Shown: piece after piece, positions 56,734 to 64,000 of the stretch
How positions within the stretch are numbered: the stretch's first letter is position 1
Layout of the letters: each line of letters begins with the position of its first letter
IMG/VR virus record: IMGVR_UViG_3300020474_000001
Coordinates: 62,001 to 126,000 of that record
Direction: 5' to 3' (one strand)
DNA length: 64,000 bases
Position numbers and translations under genes: made by a program
Notes under the pieces: generated by a model
Told to the model about the DNA's origin: nothing
Seen by the model: the letters and a program-made list of their open reading frames with translations, nothing else
The model's database searches: none

Positions 56734-59229
56734 TCAACCAAAGAATGAATCTAGATTTACAGTTTTTTCAACTTTCCATCCTATAGAATCCAATATAGTT
56801 TTAAGTGGCTCAAGAAAAGACTTCTCAAATTGTAAGTCATAGTCAATATATTTGTCAATACCAAGCTCTTTTGGAAAGTCTTGAATGAAGGAAATAACAT
56901 TCTCCCTCAAAGTATTTGGTGTCTTCAAGTAACAAAACTTAATCTTCTCACCATTCTGAATTAGAGAGTATTTGTTATCCAACTTATTTTGTTTTATATA
57001 ATGATTGAATAGGAGTGCTCCACGAACATGAATAGGAGTTCCCTTTGTGTAGATATCTGATGATGATCTGTATTTTACAACATCAGATACGGATCTTGGG
57101 AATGAAATCTGCTCTGGTGGGAGTTTTTTAAAATCTTTACGACTACTCTCAATAAAGTCAATCACCTCATCTTCGGTGCCACTCATCATCAACTTGAGAG
57201 CATCCTTAATCATCTTACGACAAGGTGCTGGTGTAGAAGACTTCACGGCCTCAATACCCATCATCTTAAGTTTAGGTTCTTCGTAACGAACACCCTCACT
57301 ATCCCATACGTTTAGGATATATCGTTTCTTAGCAGTCCAGATACCGCGATCAGCGATATTCTCCCGCTTCATTTGCATCTTCTGGTCATATGCCGACACA
57401 TAGTCCGAAAGTTCCTCATAACACTTGTCGATATATGGTTCCAATTTATCACGGCAGACCATATCAAGTAAGTCCACAACTTTTGCTTTGTCGCTAGACC
57501 TATTAGCAAGAAATTTATCAACAAGAGGTCCAAGATTAAGATATATCGAATCAGTATCTGATGCGATGACATAATCCTCTTCTTTTGTTTGTAACAATTT
57601 ATTTAGGTATGCGTTCATTTTATTCTCAATCCAGCGGATACTTACCTGCCCAGATAGAGTAATTGCTTCTGCATTTGCTAGTTTGTAATACCTGAAGTAT
57701 TGATTACCAATAGCACCATAAGCAGAGTTAAGAGAAATCTTCTTCGCCATTTGAATGTTGTTGCATCTAGAGATTTCTTTCTCAAGTGCAACAGTAGGCG
57801 TCTTCTCATACTGCTGTTTGGCTGCAAGCATTTTCTTCTTAAAGATAACACGGTCTCCATACATCTTCTCCATCAATTCAGGCAAGAACCCACGAACATC
57901 TTTGCGGAACATAGCACCATTAGCACATACCGCATAGTCCTTATACATCTCAAAAGTAATGTCCTCATTCAGAATACGATCTACAGATACTGTAGGATGT
58001 TTCTCCTCAAGTAATGTCTCTGGTGAGATATTATATTGCATAATCAAGTGAGGATATAGTGAGTTCAAGTCAAAACTCACAACCCAATCATACTTACCAG
58101 GAATAGGTTCTTTGACATATGCACCAGCATACTTCTCGCTTTTCTCTGAAGAATTATTGGGAGGAATAACAATATTCCTTTTCTTCAAATAATTATAAAT
58201 GATATTGTCCCACATTCTTACCTGATAGAACACATCGATATAGTTGACTTTGGCAGTATATGCCATGGTGATTGCAAGTTCAATCAATTTCATCTTGTCT
58301 TCCAAGCGGTCAACAAGTTCTACGTCAACAATATTATATTCAATATACTTCTGCCACCCATGAGTATAAAAATCTTTAAATGTATCAAACTCTGAGTGAT
58401 CTAGTTTCTTCTGCCCAAGTTCAACTTCTGCAATATAGTCAAGACGATATGATTCTTGTGCTTTATAAGTAAACTTCTTATAAAGATCAAGATAATCCAG
58501 TTGAGTTATACCACCGATATCATAGATATAATTTTTTCTTCCCTGAATATATGTTTCTTTTTCTGATACCAAACCCCAAGGAGAGAAAGTTTTCATAGTC
58601 CTCTTTCCAAGAACTCTTTCCATCCTTCTACAAATATATGGAATATCATACAATTGAATATTCCAACCAGTCACAACGTCTGGTATGTCCAGCATCCATT
58701 CATTCAAAAATGAACCAAGAAGTTCACGCTCAGTTGGTTTATAGTGATATGTAACATTCTTTTGCTTATTATCAAATGGTTTTACTCCCCAGGTAGTAAT
58801 TTCCTTTGTGGCATAATTCTGCATTGTAATTGCAAGAATTTCCTCCGAGCAAGATTCAACGTCAGGGAATCCATATTCAGACGCAACTTCGATATCTATT
58901 GTTACTAACTTAATCTGTTTTGTATCAAACTTGATTTCTTCTTCCGGGTAATTTTCTGAAATATATTGGTAGATATATCTCTCATTACCATAGATATCAA
59001 ATCCATCTACATTCTCATACTTTTTATAAAATTCTCTACAGTCACGAACTGTCCCCGGATTTATTTCATCAACAAATTCACCAGTCAAAGTCTTATACTT
59101 AGACTTCTTGTTTGATTTTATATAAAGAGTAGGATTGAAGCTATCGCGAGAATGAAATCGTCTTCCATTTTCAACACCACGAACAAGGAATTCATTACCA
59201 ATCATCTGAACGTTTGTGTAAAATTTCAA
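56734..59229 (-). CDS. gp43: Family B DNA polymerase gp43
   Basis: DIEV exonuclease I, FDLNSLYP, KISLNSAYG, ASDTDS; uninterrupted. Confidence 0.98.
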   Translation of the reverse strand: MKFYTNVQMIGNEFLVRGVENGRRFHSRDSFNPTLYIKSNKKSKYKTLTGEFVDEINPGTVRDCREFYKKYENVDGFDIYGNERYIYQYISENYPEEEIKFDTKQIKLVTIDIEVASEYGFPDVESCSEEILAITMQNYATKEITTWGVKPFDNKQKNVTYHYKPTERELLGSFLNEWMLDIPDVVTGWNIQLYDIPYICRRMERVLGKRTMKTFSPWGLVSEKETYIQGRKNYIYDIGGITQLDYLDLYKKFTYKAQESYRLDYIAEVELGQKKLDHSEFDTFKDFYTHGWQKYIEYNIVDVELVDRLEDKMKLIELAITMAYTAKVNYIDVFYQVRMWDNIIYNYLKKRNIVIPPNNSSEKSEKYAGAYVKEPIPGKYDWVVSFDLNSLYPHLIMQYNISPETLLEEKHPTVSVDRILNEDITFEMYKDYAVCANGAMFRKDVRGFLPELMEKMYGDRVIFKKKMLAAKQQYEKTPTVALEKEISRCNNIQMAKKISLNSAYGAIGNQYFRYYKLANAEAITLSGQVSIRWIENKMNAYLNKLLQTKEEDYVIASDTDSIYLNLGPLVDKFLANRSSDKAKVVDLLDMVCRDKLEPYIDKCYEELSDYVSAYDQKMQMKRENIADRGIWTAKKRYILNVWDSEGVRYEEPKLKMMGIEAVKSSTPAPCRKMIKDALKLMMSGTEDEVIDFIESSRKDFKKLPPEQISFPRSVSDVVKYRSSSDIYTKGTPIHVRGALLFNHYIKQNKLDNKYSLIQNGEKIKFCYLKTPNTLRENVISFIQDFPKELGIDKYIDYDLQFEKSFLEPLKTILDSIGWKVEKTVNLDSFFG

Positions 59230-59266
59230 TGAAATTCCTCCAATAACATAGTTTAGTGTTTAAAAA

Positions 59267-59503
59267 TCAGTCGTCGTCATCGTCAGAAAAAAATGGACCA
59301 AAGATTCCACTGCTCCCCGGTTTTCTATTTTCAACTGTATCCAGTATACCATCCATAGATTTTACTGTTTCAATTTTTGAAATCATTTCTGCAATACAAG
59401 TGCATACCATAGGACGCTCTTGCCTAGCAGCAAACGCGAGTGCATTGCGAAGATTGAGTTCTGCTTCTTTGAGAGAATCTTCAACTGAATTAGATAATGC
59501 CAT
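59267..59503 (-). CDS. Conserved hypothetical protein
   Basis: MALSNSVEDSLKEA..LRNALAFAARQERP. Confidence 0.7.
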   Translation of the reverse strand: MALSNSVEDSLKEAELNLRNALAFAARQERPMVCTCIAEMISKIETVKSMDGILDTVENRKPGSSGIFGPFFSDDDDD

Positions 59504-59505
59504 AA

Positions 59506-59769
59506 TTACTTTGTTTCTTGTAGGTATTTTTCGAGGAGTGTTGGAGTCGGATCAGCAAGTGTAATGATCTTATCCGAACTGATCATGAATGTATTCTGCA
59601 TAGTAACTTCTACCATCCAAGGAGAGAGCATATTACCCTCACAAATTTCCATAGGATCGATCAACTTGCAGTCAGGTTCGCCAATGTCAGCACCAACTTC
59701 TTCGATCTTACTGATAAGTCTCTCACCGTTGGTGATCTGCATAATTTTTACTAGGTTTTCCATTGGCAT
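59506..59769 (-). CDS. Conserved Sm-fold-like hypothetical protein
   Basis: IGEPDCKLIDP..ISSDKIITLADP; its promoter lies at 59786-59814. Confidence 0.7.
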   Translation of the reverse strand: MPMENLVKIMQITNGERLISKIEEVGADIGEPDCKLIDPMEICEGNMLSPWMVEVTMQNTFMISSDKIITLADPTPTLLEKYLQETK

Positions 59770-59883
59770 ATTCAAGGTCAATAACAGTATAGCAAAAAAA
59801 TAGGGGGGCGTCAACTGGATTTTGCCAGTTGCCCCCCAGAGGCGACGATATTTAAAAGGTAGCCGCAATTATTTATTCGGTTA

Positions 59884-60954
59884 TCAATAATTTTCAATAT
59901 TTACAAAACGATATCCCCTAGCATAAGAATCATGCTTACCAATGACTTGAGGTATGCATCCCAAAATCTTGTAAGGAACTGACTTAACAGGGAGTTTCAG
60001 TTCTCCCATCGTCCAACCAGGAGCATAATCCTTCTCAACCATTAGGTAAGACGCATCCAGAAAAAATTTCACGTTATCTTGGAACTTTTCAATGTTCTTA
60101 CGTGCTTCTGCAGGAATGTGATTGTTTGAGAATAGAATAATCTCAATAGGAGAATCGTTTTTCACAATTGAAGGGAGAATATGCTGGCACCATGCACGAT
60201 ATGCATATGTATCACTATCAGCAGAAAGCAAAAATACAGTCTTGTTATCGACTTTCTTACCAGATTTCTCGCAATACGCTTCCCATTTCTTACGATCCTT
60301 AACATGAACTAGGGGATCACCACCAGCAACACCACGCTTAAGAATTGAATTAATAATCTTAGTGATATTGCCCGTGGAAAAACTTTTTTCAATATTCAAT
60401 TCATTGTGAAGATAATTCCGAATACCAACTTCGTTAAGAGCAAGTTCACCACACTTAATAATGTAAAGGCAACCAATGACAACCGACTCCATTGTTGCCG
60501 TAAAAGATGCTGGGTGACGCAAGTTTTGTGTTAGTCCATCACTGACGCGACTCTTTTCAGAATCGTCCTCAATGACATAATAGAAGGCAGGGATGAATTT
60601 TTCACCACGACGCTTCGCGGCGATGACTCTTCCACGACCATCTCGTGGTTTACCATCAGTTCCTATCATAGGAGGAACAAAGTCAGTATTGAATCCTTCT
60701 ACCTCATAGGTATTTTCAAAGGTTTCAATACGATCCCTGGTATTACCCTCTTCGCGGATACCAACGTTTTCCCACATGGGGTCGTTTTCATCTACAATGC
60801 TGAGGTCAAGAGATCCGATGTGAGAAAATTTTCCAGCAAGGATTCTAGGTGGCAACACCATTTTTTTTATGTAATCTTCCAGGTTAATCTCACCAACTCC
60901 ATTAAAACCAGGAATCTGATGAGGACCTTCGATGTGTGACATTTCGTAAGTCAT
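59884..60954 (-). CDS. Accessory protein with a ParB/Srx-like N-terminal domain
   Basis: PPMIG...DGRGRVIAAKRRG resembles the ParB-N motif; own promoter at 61018-61046. Confidence 0.5.
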   Translation of the reverse strand: MTYEMSHIEGPHQIPGFNGVGEINLEDYIKKMVLPPRILAGKFSHIGSLDLSIVDENDPMWENVGIREEGNTRDRIETFENTYEVEGFNTDFVPPMIGTDGKPRDGRGRVIAAKRRGEKFIPAFYYVIEDDSEKSRVSDGLTQNLRHPASFTATMESVVIGCLYIIKCGELALNEVGIRNYLHNELNIEKSFSTGNITKIINSILKRGVAGGDPLVHVKDRKKWEAYCEKSGKKVDNKTVFLLSADSDTYAYRAWCQHILPSIVKNDSPIEIILFSNNHIPAEARKNIEKFQDNVKFFLDASYLMVEKDYAPGWTMGELKLPVKSVPYKILGCIPQVIGKHDSYARGYRFVNIENY

Positions 60955-61095
60955 AAGAAACGTTTGCAATTTTGCTTTTGTTGAACTTCGCGGTGCAGTG
61001 CGGTGCGAGATATTCATATTATATAGGAAAACCCCAGGAGTGTCAATCACGTCCTGGGGTTCTGGTTTCCGACTTTTGAAAAGTTTGTTTCTATA

Positions 61096-61530
61096 TCAAA
61101 ACCAATCTTTACGAATATGATGCTCGGGAACGACTCGTCCCATCTCAATAGTCAGAAGCCCCTCCTCAAATTTAACTGATCTAACTTCCGTATCCTCTGC
61201 CATGGTCCAAGATCTTGTGAATGATCGTTGAGCCACTCCTCTATGGACATAGTTGGTTTCTGTTTCTCCGTCTTCTCGTTGTCCTTCAATGAAAAGTTTT
61301 CCATCTTGTGTGTAGACATTTACTTGTTCCTTTTTAAATCCAGCAAGTGCTAGTTCCAGTCGTGATTCCGTATCACTGACTTGGATCAGGTTATAAGGTG
61401 GGTAATTTGTCGTTGTTTCATGCAGAGTAAACAAACGATTAAAATACTCATCCATACCAATACTGTTTCTATTTATACGTTCCAACAGCTGATTCATGTT
61501 GGCAGCATTGTACCTCGTTAGGTCTCCCAT
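61096..61530 (-). CDS. hsp20: Small heat-shock protein Hsp20
   Basis: NYPPYNL, LALAGF, HRGVAQRSF, GLLTI. Confidence 0.95.
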   Translation of the reverse strand: MGDLTRYNAANMNQLLERINRNSIGMDEYFNRLFTLHETTTNYPPYNLIQVSDTESRLELALAGFKKEQVNVYTQDGKLFIEGQREDGETETNYVHRGVAQRSFTRSWTMAEDTEVRSVKFEEGLLTIEMGRVVPEHHIRKDWF

Positions 61531-61586
61531 TTGATAGCTCCTTAGTTAAGCGAGTTTGTGTTTTGTGGTCCCCGAAGGCAACCATC
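61531..61586 (-). promoter_or_regulatory. ROSE-like structured 5' UTR of hsp20
   Basis: GGTTGCC-TTCG-GGGACC hairpin, then CUCGCUU paired with the SD AAGGAG with a bulged G. Confidence 0.55.
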
Positions 61587-61644
61587 AATATTTATATTAT
61601 AGCATAAAAAAACGGGGTAGTGAACCCCGCATATTTTTGTTCGG

Positions 61645-62481
61645 TTATATCCTGTTGAAGAATGCGTCTAGCGTTCCATCACCTTTATTATATTTCTTCT
61701 CAATCACCCGCGTTAATCCCAATCGTTGTGTTGCAAAATCAATGTAATCTTTATCTATATCATATCCAATATAATCCCACCCAATATTGACTGCTGCAAC
61801 AGCAGTAGATCCTGTTCCCATAAACGGATCAAGAACTATACCAGATTGTTTTCCAGTTAATTTCAAGCAATCTTCAACTAATTTGACGGGAAATACTGCT
61901 GGATGCTTTTTATCTTCTCTCTTCATCCAAAGAGTTTCATATGGAATAAACCAACAATTACCTTTATCCCTAAGATTTGGTTTTGTATCATTCAAAGACT
62001 TACTGTGTCTCAGGTTTTCCTTGTAGTATTCATAAGGGACACCCACAGATAGACGATCTACATCTATACTACCATCTTTAGTAAAGTGGAAAAGATGTTC
62101 CCATGTTGGAGATAAAAATCTTTTACTGTTAATTGGTTTTGCATGACCACTAGTCTTACCATTTACATGAATAGACTTGACCCAATTAATATGATTTTGC
62201 AATATCCAATCCTGCCTAAGAGCAAGACCCACTTCCATGCCAATCCATGGATCAACATTAGAGTATCCCATATTGACAAATAAATGCCCATCATCTTTAA
62301 GAACTCGTTTTCCTTCTCGGAAGATTTCTACCAACCAGTCAAGATACTCCTGACGTGGTTTATTGTCATCATACTTACCGTATTTAATTTTAAGATTATA
62401 CGGAGGAGACGTAACGATAGCATCAATACTACTATCCTCCAGTTTTTTCATACCCTCTAAACAATCAAGCAAATAAAGCAT
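61645..62481 (-). CDS. Beta-class amino-DNA methyltransferase (probably N4-C)
   Basis: VTSPPY motif IV precedes DPFMGTGST motif I; HPAVFP. Confidence 0.9.
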   Translation of the reverse strand: MLYLLDCLEGMKKLEDSSIDAIVTSPPYNLKIKYGKYDDNKPRQEYLDWLVEIFREGKRVLKDDGHLFVNMGYSNVDPWIGMEVGLALRQDWILQNHINWVKSIHVNGKTSGHAKPINSKRFLSPTWEHLFHFTKDGSIDVDRLSVGVPYEYYKENLRHSKSLNDTKPNLRDKGNCWFIPYETLWMKREDKKHPAVFPVKLVEDCLKLTGKQSGIVLDPFMGTGSTAVAAVNIGWDYIGYDIDKDYIDFATQRLGLTRVIEKKYNKGDGTLDAFFNRI

Positions 62482-62902
62482 CACGATCTTTGAATGGAAT
62501 GGAACCTTTGACGTATTTGGTGAGATCAGATCCGCGTTTGAATACAACGCTAACCTTAGGAAATTCAACAACGTCACAAAAAATATAAATCATGCCAGTA
62601 GCATGTTCCCAAAGTTTTTCTTCATCCACATATCGACCAGCACCTTGCATCACACTAGGAGAGAACTTAGAACCACCCTTAGTAAAACACTTAGCATCAA
62701 ACAACTCTTTCATGTATTTGTAACGATGATCATACCCCCTACCATCTTCAAAGACAAGACCTTCAAACCACTCTTCAAGTTGCAATTCAAGAAACCTAGA
62801 TGCACAGCGACCATCAGTGAACAATCTATTCACACGTTCTTGAGATAAAGTGCCAAAAGATGCAGGGCACTCAAAATCATATACTTTATTGAGTTGTAGC
62901 AT
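62465..62902 (-). CDS. Putative PD-(D/E)XK nuclease partner of the MTase
   Basis: E..LE...GYDH...FDAKCF pattern; overlaps the MTase start. Confidence 0.45.
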   Translation of the reverse strand: MLQLNKVYDFECPASFGTLSQERVNRLFTDGRCASRFLELQLEEWFEGLVFEDGRGYDHRYKYMKELFDAKCFTKGGSKFSPSVMQGAGRYVDEEKLWEHATGMIYIFCDVVEFPKVSVVFKRGSDLTKYVKGSIPFKDRDALFA

Positions 62903-62925
62903 AAATTAAATCTCTTTACAAATTT

Positions 62926-62964
62926 ATTGTAGCAAAAAAAGACCTCCCAGTCAAGGGAGGTCTT
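62926..62964 (-). terminator. regA terminator fused with a sigma70 promoter
   Basis: AAGACCTCCC/GGGAGGTCTT hairpin plus U-tract; TTGACT-17-TACAAT. Confidence 0.8.
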
Positions 62965-63010
62965 CGGGTTTCCGACATTCGTAGAGTCTGCACGAAAGAC
63001 TCAAAAATAT

Positions 63011-63442
63011 TTATACACTTTCTTCCTGAGGTTTGGTTTTTTTCCCAATATTATATTTCTGCTCAAGCACCCAATCTGGTTTGTCTTTATAAGCTAAAAC
63101 TTTAATCTGATTCAAAGGTGCAATGTCAGCGATTGCATCTTCACTTGATACTTGAACAAGACCCCAATCAGAAATAAGTTTAATGATTCTATTACGTCTT
63201 TGCACATCGTTAATAGTAAGGTTTGTATTCTTACCGTCAAGAGCAAACAACTCTTTAAAGTGAACGATAAAATACCTTCCCTGCTTATGAAGGATATGAC
63301 AAGATTGATATAACTTCTTTTCTTTTCTCGAAGCAACACCTATTCTCGTCAAGGTCTCTCTAACTTTCAAAAAGTCATCAGGTTCACTGAGAAAGATTTC
63401 AACCATCTTATCTTGTGACCAATCATATATTGGTTCAGTCAT
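63011..63442 (-). CDS. regA: Translational repressor RegA
   Basis: DDFLKVRETLTRIG..LYQSCHILHKQG.YFIVHFKE. Confidence 0.96.
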   Translation of the reverse strand: MTEPIYDWSQDKMVEIFLSEPDDFLKVRETLTRIGVASRKEKKLYQSCHILHKQGRYFIVHFKELFALDGKNTNLTINDVQRRNRIIKLISDWGLVQVSSEDAIADIAPLNQIKVLAYKDKPDWVLEQKYNIGKKTKPQEESV

Positions 63443-63822
63443 TTCATTCCTCCAATTTCAAGTTTTTTCTTTATATAACTAAGTTGTTCTTTGGTGAGGA
63501 TCTTCAACGCTTGAAATGCTTTCTCATTACTATAACCATAGTATTCTTTTACACATTCTAAGTCTTGAATGGAATCCTTTCGGATCCAAGGAGAGAATCT
63601 CTTCCTTTTCCTCAAACTATTTAGATAAAAAGAATATTGCATATCTTTCTGTAAAAATGAATACTTATTCATTTCATTGGCAAACATGACACAATCAATG
63701 TGGCCAGACAAACAACGATTAACGATATATGGAGGGTAAGAGCTAATGTTTTCACTTAAGTCAGTTTTCGTAAAATTGATCGATTGTAACCAGTCTTTCA
63801 GTTCTGGATTTATTTGGTTCAT
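63439..63822 (-). CDS. gp62: Clamp loader small subunit gp62
   Basis: YPPYIVNRCLS, LRKRKRFSPW, YYGYSNEKA. Confidence 0.92.
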   Translation of the reverse strand: MNQINPELKDWLQSINFTKTDLSENISSYPPYIVNRCLSGHIDCVMFANEMNKYSFLQKDMQYSFYLNSLRKRKRFSPWIRKDSIQDLECVKEYYGYSNEKAFQALKILTKEQLSYIKKKLEIGGMK

Positions 63823-64000
63823 AGTTAAAAAGTAGAAGTTCTTTACGTTCTTTTTGATCTCGCATATATTCTCCAACAGACCTCATTGTATATGTGAGGT
63901 CGAACTCTCCTGTTTTGTATCCTTTAAATCGTTCTTTAATAAGTTGAGACGAATTGTAAGAAATAAGTTGAGGACCAGCAGAGCTAGAGCAAGAGGAAGC
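63761..64000 (-). CDS. dam: DNA adenine methylase (Dam), C-terminal part
   Basis: Hand-translated ...QLISYNSSQLIKERF...YTMRSVGEYMRDQKERKELLLFNYE; usual position before gp62. Confidence 0.7.
   Translation of the reverse strand, partial: ASSCSSSAGPQLISYNSSQLIKERFKGYKTGEFDLTYTMRSVGEYMRDQKERKELLLFNYEPNKSRTERLVTIDQFYEN

Noticed and set aside
41803-59229. Inteins or introns in nrdB, nrdA, gp41, uvsX and gp43
   Set aside because: All have normal lengths and contiguous motifs.

Overview
This window is a 64 kb segment of a T4-like cyanomyovirus, probably infecting marine Synechococcus or Prochlorococcus. It is AT-rich and mostly minus-strand. In order it carries: baseplate, tail-hub and head-completion genes; gp32/gp59/gp33, exonuclease, epimerase, phoH and thyX; a small-ORF regulatory island at 15.0-16.1 kb; speD, glutaredoxin, talC, a LOG-family gene and psbA; a plus-strand trio of secreted-type genes; an auxiliary metabolic block (zwf, an ndhP-like micro-gene, gnd, PTOX, petE); a porin, glycosyltransferases and a sulfotransferase; a tRNA cluster containing an HNH nuclease; nrdB/nrdA and primase; large head-targeted proteins; mazG, gp41, uvsX, gp43 and hsp20; an MTase cassette; regA, gp62 and the 3' end of dam. 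The most striking element is at 15.0-16.1 kb. A perfect NtcA box and a sigma70 promoter precede two tandem glutamine-riboswitch-like (glnA/Downstream-peptide class) aptamers. Each aptamer carries a complete small paralogous ORF inside its P2 loop, and a DUF4278-like micro-operon follows. Other notable elements are a ROSE-like leader on hsp20, recurrent fused terminator/promoter hairpins, and short motifs bounding accessory cassettes. All assignments come from motif recognition by eye; no database searches were run.
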